Source of the DNA: an uncultured Verrucomicrobiae bacterium
GTDB taxonomy: Bacteria > Verrucomicrobiota > Verrucomicrobiia > Limisphaerales > JAFGQR01
Length of the DNA: 64,000 nucleotides
Direction: 5' to 3'
NCBI GenBank assembly: GCA_963788655.1
Contig: CAWBHS010000072.1
Location: 1 to 64,000 of the forward strand
Shown piece after piece: positions 39,856 through 53,474 of the stretch (within the stretch, counting starts at the first letter, position 1; each line of letters begins with the position of its first letter). The notes beneath the pieces are model-generated. The model was not told where the DNA came from. It saw only the letters and a program-made list of their open reading frames with translations, and searched no databases. Position numbers and translations under genes: made by a program.

Positions 39856-41290
39856 CTATCGTTCCGCCAACGGCTGGAAGTTTGGATAAGCTTCGTTGCC
39901 GTGTTCGCCAATATCCAGACCTTCGACCTCTTCCTCCGGTTCGACGCGAATCCCCATGGCGGCCTTGATGATGAACCACACGACCAAGGAGGCCGCCAGC
40001 GTGAACAGCCCTACCAATACCACTCCTTTGAGTTGGATGAAAAACTGGGTCATCCGACCGGCGATCTCGAAACCCGCGACAGCTTTCGAAATGGCGGCGT
40101 TGCCAAACAATCCCAGCGCCAGCGTTCCCCAAATCCCATTGACCAAGTGAACCGAGAGCGCCCCCACCGGGTCGTCGATTTTGATCTTGTCAAAGAACAA
40201 GACGGAGAGCACCACCAGGACGCCGGCCACGGCGCCAATCGCGATGGAGCTGGGCACGGTCACAAACGCGCAAGGCGCTGTGATGGCCACCAAGCCCGCC
40301 AGGCAGCCATTGAGGATCATCGACAAGTCCGGTTTCCCCAGCATGATCCAGGCGGTGAACATCGAGGTGATGATGGCAGCCACAGCGGCGGAATTGGTCG
40401 TTACGAACACGTGGGAAATAGCCGAGCCGTCGCCGACACCCATGGTCGAGCCGGGATTGAACCCAAACCAGCCCAACCAAAGAATGAATACGCCCAAGGT
40501 CGCCAGCGGCAGGCTGTGCCCCGGAATCGGATGGACCTTACCCTGCCGGTCGAATTTTCCGCGGCGCGGTCCCAGGACCAGCACCCCCGCTAGTGCCGCC
40601 CAACCGCCCACCGAGTGAACGACCGTGGAACCGGCAAAATCATAAAACGGTTTCTCAGCGCCACCAAGAAAACCGCCGCCCCAAATCCAGTGACCGGTAA
40701 TCGGATACAGTACCGCCACCAAAATGAAACTGAAGATTACAAACGGTCCGAATTTGATGCGCTCGGCCACCGCTCCGGAAACAATCGTGGCGGCGGTGCC
40801 GGCAAACACGAGCTGGAAGAAGAACTTCGCCAGCAGCGGTACGCCCGTCCAGTTGATTGATTTATAGGCTCCTTGATACGCGTCGCCGGTGAGCGGGACT
40901 GTTATCGGCGCCCAGCAGGCCGAACAATCCCTCGGTTCCCATGAAGCCGGAGCTGCCGTTACCGAACATCAAACCCCAGCCAATCACGTAAAAGGACAGC
41001 GAGGCGCAGGCAAAGACCACGAAGTTCTTGGCGAGGATGTTCACCGCAGTTCTTGCTGCGGCACAGACCGGACTCCACACAGGCAAAACCGGTGTTCATG
41101 AAGAAGACCAGGGCGCCGGCCAGCAGCACCCAAAGGGTGTCCACGGCCACGCGCAGATTGCCCGTGGTGCTGGTCAGTTCGGCTACGGCATCTTTGGCGG
41201 GCGCCGCGGCTTCCGCCGCGGACTGCCCGTCAAGCTGAAGGAGCCCAGGGCCAGGGTTAACAAAACATAAAAGAGAACGTTTTTTTTCAT
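39856..41290 (-). CDS. amtB: Ammonium transporter (three frameshifts near 41225, 41045, 40893)
   Basis: [75 protein letters not shown]. Confidence 0.93.
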
Positions 41291-41336
41291 AGACGTTTAG
41301 AGTTGGTGGTTCGTGTTGAGAATGGATTTGAGGCGC

Positions 41337-41675
<339 letters not shown>

Positions 41676-41910
41676 TTATGATAACATTAAGTTTTGCTGT
41701 TCATTTGATTGACGGAGACTTCTTGATTGACCAAGACCAGTGGAATTACTTCCGAGAACCGCACTCACGACCGCCGGACTGGCCGGCATATTCTGATAAC
41801 TGGTTCGGTGAGAGTTGCGACTGGTGTCCCACCTCAACGGCATCTCGCAATCCGCAACCCGCCATCAAAAGCACTGATCGGTTGAATTCGGTTTGTCACT
41901 GCAATCCTTT

Positions 41911-41928
41911 AAGCAGCAGGGATACCAA
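41911..41928 (-). promoter_or_regulatory. Putative sigma54 (-24/-12) promoter of glnK-amtB
   Basis: Minus strand TTGGTATCCCTGCTGCTT = GG-N10-GC; NtrC-like GC-N11-GC site TGCATTTTGATCACGCT about 100 bp upstream (42022-42038). Confidence 0.55.
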
Positions 41929-42400
41929 CGTGGTAAAACATTTCGCAAATGATTTGTATGCCCTTAACGATGAGTGGTTTGTGATGGCTTATATTTTATC
42001 GCAATATCCGCGATGCGCTGTTGCATTTTGATCACGCTTGTTGTTCTTAGCCAGAGTGGTTGGGTGAGCGACGATGAGTTTTGGAAGGTGGACGGCAGAC
42101 AATGAACCGCATGCCAAGGCGACGTTAACCGGGACGATGGTGCTCCCTATTCGTTGGTGATCAGCCCCAGCGCGCTCGTGCCGGTGGCATCTCAAAGAAA
42201 GTTGGGGGAGATCGATTTGCTGACCGTGCCCGCCTTCGCGAAGCGTTTGGACGGCGCTAACCGTGCTCCCGCTTTTATTGGATATGGCACGAACAAAGAA
42301 GGCAGTGGCCCCAAGGATTTGGCCGGCTTTCCCCAGCCATGAGTGCCGGCAAGCCGGTTGCGCTCGAACCGCTGGCAAGACTCATCCCCGGACGTTCCAA

Positions 42401-42516
42401 CGTGCTGCCGGCATCCTGCCGGCAGTTTTGGAATGGGGCGTTCGATGCTAGTACGCTGTGCGACGTTTCGAGCGGCCTTCCTGCATTCAGTCTGCCGGCA
42501 AGATGCCGGCAGCACG
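42401..42516. repeat. REP-like doublet
   Basis: CGTGCTGCCGGCATCCTGCCGGCAG / CTGCCGGCAAGATGCCGGCAGCACG. Confidence 0.75.
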
Positions 42517-42518
42517 TT

Positions 42519-45500
42519 TTACGGGATTGCCTTCTTCAAGCGGTAGTATTTCTGCGGAGCGTCAATGGGGATGACCACTTGATACTCGGTACCGGAAACA
42601 TTCAAAGTGGCAGTTGCGGGCGCCCAAACGATGGGAGGGCTCAAGCTCGAGCTTTCTTCCAGCAGATATTCATTGCACGGGATGGCCCAACTCAGGACGA
42701 CATCGGTGTCTGTCCGACTCACGCTCAATACCGGCGCCGGTTCATCGACCACCACCGTGAAGTTGCAATGGCCCACGTTGCCGCTGACATCGGTGGCGGT
42801 GCAATCAACGACCGTGATGCCGATCGGGAACGCCGACCCGGAAGCGGGCAAACACACCACAGTGGGATCGGGATCACAATTGTCGAAGAAGACCGGTGGC
42901 GGGTAATTGACAATGGCGCTGCACTGGCCCGGATCCTTGTCCACTTCGATGGTCGTACTGCACTGGCAGGTTTCGATTTCCAAGGCGAGGTAATCGACAT
43001 CCGTATCATTTTGGATGAGCACGTCGAGGGCGCCTTCCTGGCGGATTACTGGCAACAGATCAGTGTAACTCCCGTCGGCGTTCGGCAAATGCGACAGGTC
43101 GAGTTCGAATTCCAGGGTGGTTCCGGTTGTCCACTCCGTGCCCTCGAGCAAGCCCGGGACGGAGTCGTAATCTCCAAAGCGCCGGGCCCATTGTTCCGGT
43201 ACGGAGCGTTCCATTCGGTTGGCTGAACACCAGGCTGATGGCATCGTCCACCGATGGAGCGCTCGACGCCCGAACCTTGAGCAACAATCGCGCACTGGAA
43301 AGCTTCGCCGGCAGGCCCGCGAAGGTGTGCGCCAGCCATTGATCGGCTGTGGCGTCATCAAATCCTTTTACGACGGCCGTACCGTCCAGGTAGGTCAACA
43401 GGCTTGCGCGCGGGGACGCTGGCTCGGGGCCGACAAAATCGTCGATGTCTCCCGCCAACTCGAAGCTGGGAGCATCCATGCACACCGACGGGCCTTCGGT
43501 GTCGCTCACGGTCACGTTGAAGGTACAATCCACCGCGTTGCCGCTGGAGTCCGTGGCGGTGCAGGTGACAGGCGTGGTGCCCTGGTCGAAACTGGACCCA
43601 CTGGGGGGCACGCAAACTACGATAACGCCCGGGCAATTGTCATTGGCCGTGACGTTGAAGGTCACGGTGGCCGAACATTCACCTGGATCGTTGCCCACGG
43701 TCAGATCGCCGGGACAACTGATGGCGGGTAGTTCCCCGTCATTGACCGTCACGTCGAACGTGCAACTCGACACATTGTTCGCTTCATCGGTGGCGGTGCA
43801 AGTCACACTGGTGACACCCTGAGGCAGGGTGGAGCCTTCCGGCGGGACGCACTCAATCGTCACTGTGCCGCAAGCGTCCACGGCGGTCACGCCGTAGGCC
43901 ACGTTGCTCTTATCGCACTGACCCGGATCAGTGGTGAACACCAGATTGGCGGGACAGGTCATCTCGGGTTTAGTCGTATCCACTACCGTCAATGTGGCCG
44001 TCTCACTGGTAACACTGCCGGCCTCGTTCGTGATGACCACCGCGTACCCGCCGCCATCGGCTGGATGAACGTCCGTCAAGGTCAACGTTTCCCCATCGGC
44101 TCCTGGGATCGGGGTGGCGCCGAAGAACCATTGATACGCCAGGCCTTCACCCGCCGCGGTCACGGTAAGCGTTGCCTCGCTGCCGCATTCGACGGTGGTG
44201 TCCTGCGGTTGGCCGGTGATTTCCGGTGGCACGCCGACTTCACCGCACATGCGGAGACTCCAACTCTGCAGGATGCCGGTGTCGCCGGCCTGGAGATCGG
44301 CCACAACAAGGGTCCAATCCCCATTGGGATCGAGGCCCTGGAAAGCAGCCAACAGCGCAGTGCGCGGATCCGTGTTTTGTGCGGCACTGGGATCAACGTC
44401 GCGGCCATCGGGAGCCCAGATGCCCGTCAATGGCCCTGTCAACGGTGTGTCGTTGTCGTCAAAGAGCGTCAAGCGATAGATGTGGACATCGCCCTGGGAC
44501 GCATCGTCGGCCAGGGTCACGTCAAATCCATTATCGCCGTAGCCCAGCAGATCGAACGAATCGTCCATACCCCGGCCCACGCGGTTCAACAACACCGCGT
44601 AACCCGATTCGTGAACCAGGAAGGCATAGAGATCACCGTTCCAACTGTGCGAAATGCGCAACGTCACTGCAAGGTCGGTCAGGGCGTTAATGTCCGTGGT
44701 GATGGTCATCGTATTGGTCAAACCATCGGGATTGTTGTCCGGGATGGGCAGGTTGACGGTTTGCGCGAAGCTGATTGGTTCGACGGTGACCTCAAACATG
44801 CAGGAACTGCTGTTGCCGCAATCGTCCGTCGCGGTGCAAGTCACGCTCGTTGTCCCGATTGGGAAGGCCGATCCGCTGGGCGGCACGCACTCCACGGTTA
44901 CGGTGCCGCAAGCGTCCGCAGCGGTGGGGGTGAATTCCACTGCCTGTTCGCAGGCTCCGTTGGCGCTGGTAACCGTGAGGCTGGCCGGACAGGTGATGGT
45001 CGGTGGCGTTGAATCCGTCACCGTGATCGTTTGGTCGCAGGTTCCCGTATTGCCGCAGTCGTCCGTCGCGGTCCAGGTGCGCGTGATGATCTGGGCGGAA
45101 GGACAAACGCCGGGAGTAGTAACATCCGTGAAGCTCACCGTGACGCTGGGATCACACCCATCCACCGCGCTCCCGTCACCGGTGGCGGAAGGATCAGTCG
45201 GCTCACCGCATTCCACGGTGACGTTCGCCGGACAAGTCACCACTGGCGCGGCCGTGTCGGCGACGGTAATGATTTGATCGCAACTGCTGGCATTGCCGCA
45301 CGCATCGGTGGCGGTCCAAGTGCGGGTAATCACCTGGCCTTGCGGGCAACTCCCTGCCGCGATGGCGTCGCTGAAACTGACGCCGGGATTGGCATCGCAA
45401 TTATCCGTCGCCGTTCCGGTCCCGGTAGCGCTCGGATCGGTCGGCGAATTGCACTCCACGGTGACATCCGCCGGGCAACTAACCACTGGCGGAGTCATAT

Positions 45501-48500
45501 CCGTCAATGTGATCACTTGATCGCAACTGCTGCTGTTGCCGCACGCGTCGGTGGCGGTCCAGGTGCGCGTGATAACCTGCGCCTGGGCGCACGAACCTGG
45601 CGCGGCCGCGTCGGTAAACGTGAGGGTGGGATTGGGATCACAAACATCGGTGGAGTTGGCCGTTCCGGTGGCGTCCGGATTGGTCAACTCGTCGCATTCC
45701 ACGGTGACGTCGTCCGGACAACTCACCACCGGCGGAGTCGTGTCGGCGACGGTAATCAATTGGGCGCAACTGCTGGTGTTGCCGCAGGCGTCAGTGGCCG
45801 ACCACGTGCGGGTAATGATTTGTTCTTGGGCGCACGTTCCCGGCGCGACTGCGTCAGTGAACGCAATAGTTGGATTCTCATCGCACGGATCGGTCGCGTC
45901 GGCCATCCCGGTGGCACTGGGATCGGTGGCCTCATCGCATTCGACCACAACATCCAAGGGACAAACCAAAGCCGGCCCAGTGGTGTCGGTCACGGTAACG
46001 ATCTGGCTGCACTGCGATGCGTTGCCGCAAGGATCGACGGCTTCCCAAGTGCGCGTGGCGGTGAAGGTCTGGCCGCAGGCGCCCACGGCGTTCGTTTCGG
46101 TGTTTATCACCGTCACCAACACATTGGTGCGCGCTGCGTCGATGCGCGCCGCGAAATCGACTGACACCAGGGGATTCGTTTTCAATTCCCAATCAGTGCC
46201 CGTCAACTGCCAGAAGTCCGGATAGTTTTGCCCGACGACCGCCGGCGAATACAAATCCAACCCGGCCGAATCGTTGGCCGCCAAGCCATCGAATTGCACG
46301 GTCCACGTAAAGGATTCCGGCAGGTCGCCCACCAGGGGCATCACGGCGTCAATTTGGAAATCCTCAATCGTGACGGTCGAGCGATCCGTCGCCGGCACGG
46401 CAAACGGGCCACTGTCATAAATCATGGTCCCCGGGGTGGGATACCCGTTGAAGTCCGCGCCGTCATTGCGATAGAAGCGTACCCGGGCGGTCACCTCACC
46501 TGCAAACGTGGCCTGCTCGCTGTTCAAGCCCCAGTATTCGAAGACGAAACGGGTGACCTGGCGGGACGTGCCTTCCAGAATGATTTCATCGCCCACCTCA
46601 GTGGTCCCGATGTCGAAACGATAGCGCAGGTCATTTTGCGAATTGTCGTACACCAACGAGTCAAACACGCATTCATCGCTGTAAACCGGCGCGTCAAATT
46701 TCCAGGCCATGCCGCATTCGACCGTCTTTTCGCCGGCACACTCGATCATCGGCGCTGTGGTGTCTTGCACGGTGACTTCCTGAGTGCATTCGACGGTGTT
46801 CCCGCAGCCATCGGAAATTTCCCACAAGCGGGTGGCCATGAACGTGTCGCCGCAGGCTCCGTTGACGTTGGTTGTGGTACTGAGCGCGGTAATGATGACG
46901 GTACCGCAGGTATCCGTGGCGACCGGCAAATCAAAGTCCCAGGATTCGCCACATTCGACGGTCTTGGCTGGCGCGCAGGTTACCTCCGGTGGCGTGGTGT
47001 CGATCAAGGTGATGATCTGCTCGCAACTGCTGGCATTGCCGCAGGCATCCGTCGCGGTCCAGGTGCGGGTAATGATGGGGGTCTGCGGGCACGATCCCGA
47101 GGCGGCGGCGTCGATGAAGGTGATGACCGGGGCGATGTCACAGGTGTCGGTCGCCGTGGCCATCCCGATGTCGCCGGGCTCGCGAGGTTGATCGCACTCC
47201 AGCGTTACGTCCGCCGGGCAGGTAACGGACGGGGCGACGGTATCCTGCACGGTTACCGTTTGGCTGCACTGGGAAATGTTGCCGCAGTCATCGATTGCTT
47301 CCCAAGTGCGGACGGCTTCATAGGTGGAACCGCAAGTCATATTGGTTACTGTGCCGACCAGACTGATCGTGGCCGGTCCGCAATGGTCCATGGCCGTGGG
47401 TTCCTCGAAGTCCCAGGCAGCCGTACATTCCACTGATTTGTCCGCCGGGCAGGTGAGCGCGGGCGGGGTGGTATCGGCCTTCACGAGCTTCTGGGAACAG
47501 GAGATCGCGTTGCCGCCCAGATCCGCAGCGGTCCAGGTGCGGATGGTGACCGTGGGGCACGTGCTGTTGTCCGTGGTATCGAAGTTGAAGGCGGTAGAGA
47601 TTCCGTTGGTCCCGATTACAAGGTAATCAGCATTGCCATCAAATCCGTTCCAGACCCCCGCGCCGCCGCCGGCGACCAATCGCACACCGCCGCCACTCAA
47701 ACCGTTGACGATCTGAGCGTCCGGGAAGGAACTGATGTACGTGGCCAGCGCTTTCACCCCGGCGCCGGGATACATGATTTCGGGATGGTTCAAGGACCAC
47801 CAACCGCCGGCGCGCGCATCCCAGCGTTGCCAGGCGCCCGTGAGGGTGGCTCCCTGGAGCGGCAGTCCAGGATTGCTGCCGTTCTGGTAACGAGGCTCGA
47901 AATAAAGCACGTCGTCACCGGAGCCGTTACCATCGGTGTCGATATTCAAAATGATATAAATCTCCCGGTTCAAACCCGCGCCGTCCGTGGTGCGATAGGT
48001 TGAATAGGACAGTTCAGTCAATGCCGACAATGCCACTTGGTCATACAAATAGTTGCGCATTTCAGCCAGGTTTTCCCCGTTCGCGCCAACCGAAGCATGG
48101 AAGCTGCCGGTGCCAAGGGGCGGTGTGCCCGGCCCCGCGGACATTTCCGCTGAGGCAGTGACGGGAAAACCTTGGACCACAAAAATCCAACCATCCAAGT
48201 CGGTGGGCGTTACGGCCAATGGTGCTGCGTCCGTGTAAGTCAGGACCGGCGCTGGATCGCAGGTATCGGTGGCCGTGGCCGAACCACCGGTGTTGACCGG
48301 AGTTAGCGGAGTGTCGCACTCGACCGTGATGTCCGCTGGGCAGAAGGTGATTTGCGGCGGCTCGCGATCGAAGACTGTCACCGTGAAACTGCAACTGCCG
48401 GATAAAGCCCCCGCGTCAGTCGCCGAGCAGTTGACGGTGATGGCCCCGTTGGCGAACACCGAACCACTGGGCGGATTGCACACGACTGCAGAGACACCGG

Positions 48501-51500
48501 GACAATTGTCCGTGGCGGAGACCGTGAAGTTGACCACGCGGTCGCATTGACCTTCCGGAGCGCGAACTACCATGTCCGCCGGGCAATTGACTACGGGCGG
48601 CTCAGTATCTTCGACCGTTACCGTGAAGCTGCAACTCGCCGTCAGTCCCCCGGCGTCGGTGGCCACACAGTTCACTGCAGTTACCCCTTTCTCAAAAGCG
48701 AAGCCGCTGGGTGGCGTGCAAATAACGCCAACGCCCGGGCAATTGTCGGTGGCCGGCGCATCGAAGTTCACCACGGCCGAACATTGGCCGGCATCGGTGC
48801 TGACTGTGAGGTCAGTCGGACACGTAATGACCGGGGCTTCGGCGTCATCCACCGTAATGGTAAAGCTGCAAGAACCGGTATTGCCGGCGGCATCAGTGGC
48901 GGTGCAGGTGACGGGGTTTTCTCCCTTGGAAAACGCCGAGCCACTGGGCGGTACACACCCGACCGTTACGTCCGGACAATTATCCGTTGCGGTGGCAGCA
49001 AAGGTCACTACCGCCGAGCACTCGCCAGGATCGGTGTTCACCGCGATGTCCGCCGGACAGGTGACCACGGGCGCCTCAGTATCATTCACGGTGACGTTGA
49101 AACTGCAAGACGTGGTGTTGTTGGCGGCATCCGTGGCGGTGCAATTGAGCGTCGTGGTTCCTTTCGCAAAGACGGATCCGCTGGCGGGCGTGCATGCGAC
49201 GGTGGGGCTACCGCAATTGTCGGTGGCGGTTGCAATGAAGCTGACGACTGCGGAGCACACCCCGGGATCGGTATTGACCGTCATGTCGCCGGGGCAGGTG
49301 AACGTCGGCGCCGTGGTGTCTTCGGCGGTTACCGTGGCGGTGCAGGTGGCCGTGTTGCCGGCGGCATCGGTCGCGGTCAACGTCACAACTGTGGCCCCCA
49401 AGCCGACCATCGTTCCGGCGGCTGGGCTTTGCATTACAGCTACGCTTCCCGGGCAGTTGTCGGCCGTCAGCACGTCGCCGGTCAGGTCCGGCAAAGCAAC
49501 GTCACAACTTGATCCTACCGAAAGCGTGCGGTCCGGGGCGCAAGTCGTGATCGAGGGTGGGGTCGTGTCTTCCGCCGTGACGTTGACGGTACACGTGGAG
49601 ACGTTGCCGGCCACATCGGTTGCGGACATGGTCACAACCGTGGTGCCCAATCCCACGGACGTGGCCGGGGCTGGGCTTTGGCTCACGGTGACTGCGCCGC
49701 CGCAGTTGTCCGTGGCCACTACTTCGCCCACCAAGTCGAGTAAAGAGACATCGCAATTCGCGCCAACGCTGATCGTGCGGTCGGTTGGGCAGGTGCCAAT
49801 GATCGGTGGCGTAGTGTCGTCCAGGGTGATGGCTTGTTCGCAGTCCACCGAGTTCGCGCAGTCATCCACCAGCGTGTAGGTCCGCGTCACAACGCCGTTG
49901 CCAGAGGGCAGGGGACTATCCAGGTGAGATACCGTTGCCGGCGTCGAAGAAGCGGCGCCCCCCGCCAGCGCAAACGACTCGAGGCTGGTTGCGGCAAGAG
50001 GAATTTCGGAGGCACATTGCACGGTGGTGGGCGCCGGACAAGTGATGGCAAGGGTGGGTTGCGAGGCATGCACCGCGGACAATCCGGCGTCATCGGTGTC
50101 GTCCAACAACACGTCCTCAATGTGGGCTCCCGGGCCTCCGGCGCCAAAGGTGTTGTTCTGCGCCAGGACAATGGCGCCGGCGGCGGGATTGCTATTCTCG
50201 ATGGCCCAGGGCGCCATGTTGTCAAAGCCGTAACCGCTCAAATTATTTCCGCCGTTACTGGCTCCCAGTCCGGTCACGTCGCTGGCGCTACAATCGCCGG
50301 CGTCCACCGTCGCGCCACCGGTAACGGCGAGTCCCGCCTGCGTATTGCCGGTCAGATCGTTGTCCTGCAATCGCACTTGACTGACGTCCGTCGCGCCCAA
50401 ACCAGCTTGCACGCCGATGGTATTCCCGGTGAAGACATTGTTCTGCGAGATGTCGGCAGTCGAGGCAGGAGCGGAAGCGGAACTGACGAGAACACCCGCG
50501 GAAATGGTTCCATCGACTGAAGAAACGCCTTGATTGCCGGTAATTTGGTTACCCAATTGTACGACGACGGACGCACCGGTTTCCACTTCTACGGCAAAGT
50601 CCAGCCAGTCACCCGCGCCTTTACCGGTGTAAGTGTTGTTTTCGAAAATTGCCGCCGTGTCAGCGCCGGAAAGTTGCAATCCGGCTCGGCCGATGTTGTC
50701 GAACGCGCAATTGCTGACCTCGACTTCGCCGCAGCCACCCAGCGCGTGAATCGCCACGCCGGAATAATCCGGGGCGGCGATCTGGGTGAAATAGACTCCG
50801 GCGATTTGCCCGGTGCCGTGGTGGCGAATGGCTTCGTAAATCTGGTGGCCATTGCCGTCCAAAGTGACATCGAACAATTCGAAATTATGGCACGATTCCA
50901 CCACCCACCACCCACGAGCATCGCCCGGAGCGGTGGTGTCGCCACCCGCTTGCAGGATGGTGTTGTTGACGCCCTGGCCGGACACAGTCACATCTTTGTT
51001 CACCACGATCTGGGGGCCTTCCACCAGCGTGATCGCATCCACGTTTACGGTGCCACCGGCGGTGATTGCGTCGATGCCGCGTTGGATACTGCCGCTGTTC
51101 TGGGTGACATAAACGTTGTCCGCCACGTAAAAGACAGGACCGCTTCCCCCGACATCAAGCGCGTGGAAAATGCCATCTTCAATTTGGTAGTTGTCGGTAA
51201 CGTCCGTGGCGTCCTGTTGCCAGGTGTTGCCGAGCGCCATAACGGTATCAGGGCTGGTGTTGTTGATAAAACTGCCGTCGCCACTCACCCGGATGGTGTT
51301 GCCCCCGGGACTGCTGGCCGTGCCCAGGTCCACGGTGCCGCTCGTGATCTGGATGGCGGTTTGATCGAAGTTGGCGGACTCGATGATCGTGCAGTCGCGA
51401 AGTCGCAGGAAACCGCCCGTCACCAGAATACTCGGATCGTCGGTCCCCGTGACGAAGGTAAACCCAGTAAACGTATTCGATCCCGAAGTGTAAACCAACG

Positions 51501-51873
51501 CCGGGGAATGTCCCTGAACGATTACCCCCGCGTCGTTGGCGACCAAATCGAGGTTCTTGCCAATGCGCACGCCGCGATAGAAGCCGGGGGCCACTTCAAT
51601 CCGGTCGCCTGGCCGGGCCGCATCAATGGCTTCCTGCAGGGTGGCAAAGGCATTCTGTCCCAGCACCACCCCGGGCTGTACTTCGGCGCCGCGGGCGATG
51701 GGCAGCCAAGCTTGGTTCACGGTTCGCTTGATGTGTCCCGGGAGAACGGTTTCGCGTGCGGTTTGCCCCTGCAAAATGCCTGCCGACCAAACCACCAAGA
51801 GAAAACCGACCACTGGAATGAATAGTCTAAAAACGGGAGCAGGACTTGTTGATGAGAGCAGCAACTTCTTCAT
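42519..51873 (-). CDS. Giant (~3100 aa) secreted HYR-repeat surface protein with beta-helix, P-domain-like, Ig and C-terminal YYRL domain (frameshift near 43200)
   Basis: Signal peptide; about 20 repeats TCPxD...ATDxC...GxT.V.CTATD..GN...C.F.VTV.DT.PP; IPDNN..ISHSWNGDL..NGDWTL..DTGILQSWSL; PPEITGQP Ig; ORF 42519..43361 continues the protein. Confidence 0.85.
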
Positions 51874-52420
51874 AAAAATACGACTAAAATTTGACCAAAC
51901 ATCACCCAGCCGCATCCGTGCAATCCCCACGACTCTAGGGGAGAAGAGGGCATCCTTGGAATCTCTTCACGAAAGGGACATAACCATCCCTGCTGGAGGA
52001 ATGGTATCGCTATCATTGAATCGCGTTACCTCTAACAGGCAACCGCCCGTTTAGCAAGCAAAAAGTTCTTCGGACTGAGACAGATGAGGGAGTTCCAAAG
52101 TCGATTTGGACGGGCCGTGAAATGGACGACTCGACTAAGGCGGAGGGGTATCCTGGCCAGGAACTTGGGACCGGGTCGGTGTCGGGTGTGCAGTGCCTTG
52201 AAGACGCGGACCACCTGCTCGTTTCCTTCTGTCGTGTTTCTCATCTTCCAGTGGGTGGCCTGGCAGGTGGTGCTGTGGAATCCCGCCGAATCCACAGAAC
52301 GCTCGGCCAGCACGCTCGGATGCCCATGGCGGCCCCCACACTGTTATCCACCATTCATTTCTATAATTCCTGAGTTGCTTTCGGATGGCCCCTTACCGTA
52401 GCGTCGTCGGAGTTTTGGCC

Positions 52421-53311
52421 ATGAAAGTCTATATTGACGGCAAGTATTTTGACGAAAAGAACGCAAAGATTTCCGTGTTCGATCACGGGCTTCTGTATGG
52501 TGACGGCGTGTTTGAAGGCATCCGGGCTTACTACGGGAGCGTCTTCAAACTCGCCGAGCACATTGACCGGTTGTATTGCTCGGCCAAGGCCATTCTGCTG
52601 ACCATTCCCCTTTCGCCCACTGAACTCACCAAGGCCGTGGTGGCGACGTGCCGCCGTAACCAGATTCGCAACGGGTATATTCGTCTGGTCGTCACCCGTG
52701 GGGTTGGTAATTTGGGATTGGATCCCAACAAGTGCAAACGGGCTTCGGTAATCATCATTGCCGACAAAATTCAATTATACCCACCCAAGTTTTATGAGCG
52801 CGGGATGGAAATCATCACCGTTCCTACCGCCCGAAATTTGCACAGCGCCCTGAATCCGGCCATCAAATCCCTGAATTACCTCAACAACATCCTGGCTAAA
52901 ATCGAAGCCGGTATTGGCGGTTACGAAGAAGCCATCATGCTGAACGCGGAAGGCTTCGTGGCCGAGTGTACGGGGGACAATGTGTTCATCTTGAAGGGCA
53001 ACCGGCTCATGACCCCGCCCTTGTCCGCCGGGGCGCTCTACGGCATCACACGCGGCGTGGTCATGGAACTGGCCCGCGAATACGGCTTGGAAGTGAGCGA
53101 GCCTAATCTGACCCGCTACGACCTGTTCAATGCCGAGGAGTGCTTTCTGACCGGAACAGGTGCGGAACTGGTCCCCATCGTAAAAATCGACGGTCGCACC
53201 ATCGGCGCGGGAGTGCCGGGGCGCACGACCAAGGCATTGGTGCGGAAATATCATGCGCTGACGCAGGTTTCCGGAGAACCGATCTATCCCGGCAAAGGCC
53301 CCAAGAAATAG
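52421..53311 (+). CDS. ilvE: Branched-chain amino acid aminotransferase
   Basis: FDHGLLYGDGVFEGIRAY, KSLNYLNN, ECTGDNVF, LYGITR, FLTGTGAE. Confidence 0.95.
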   Translation: MKVYIDGKYFDEKNAKISVFDHGLLYGDGVFEGIRAYYGSVFKLAEHIDRLYCSAKAILLTIPLSPTELTKAVVATCRRNQIRNGYIRLVVTRGVGNLGLDPNKCKRASVIIIADKIQLYPPKFYERGMEIITVPTARNLHSALNPAIKSLNYLNNILAKIEAGIGGYEEAIMLNAEGFVAECTGDNVFILKGNRLMTPPLSAGALYGITRGVVMELAREYGLEVSEPNLTRYDLFNAEECFLTGTGAELVPIVKIDGRTIGAGVPGRTTKALVRKYHALTQVSGEPIYPGKGPKK

Positions 53312-53418
53312 GGGAACGGTGGCGTCGCTTTAGAGGGGCAGGACAAGAATGCCCTGAGTGAATCACTCACATTGATTCCTGGCGGAGGAGATACCGCGGA
53401 CTGCTTGCTTTGGCTTGA

Positions 53419-53448
53419 TTGACACCGTAGCTTCATTCGACGTAAGTT
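53419..53448 (+). promoter_or_regulatory. Putative sigma70 promoter of mcsA-mcsB-clpC
   Basis: TTGACA-N18-TAAGTT, 27 bp before the mcsA ATG. Confidence 0.45.
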
Positions 53449-53474
53449 TGGTCCGACAAACTACTAAGGCAATT

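Noticed and set aside
43400..50050. Repeats as a CRISPR array or DGR template/variable pair
   Set aside because: They are degenerate in-frame protein repeats; no identical spaced repeats, cas genes or reverse transcriptase.
51874..52420. Riboswitch (e.g. c-di-GMP) upstream of the giant surface protein
   Set aside because: No recognisable conserved motif by eye; an Rfam scan would be needed.
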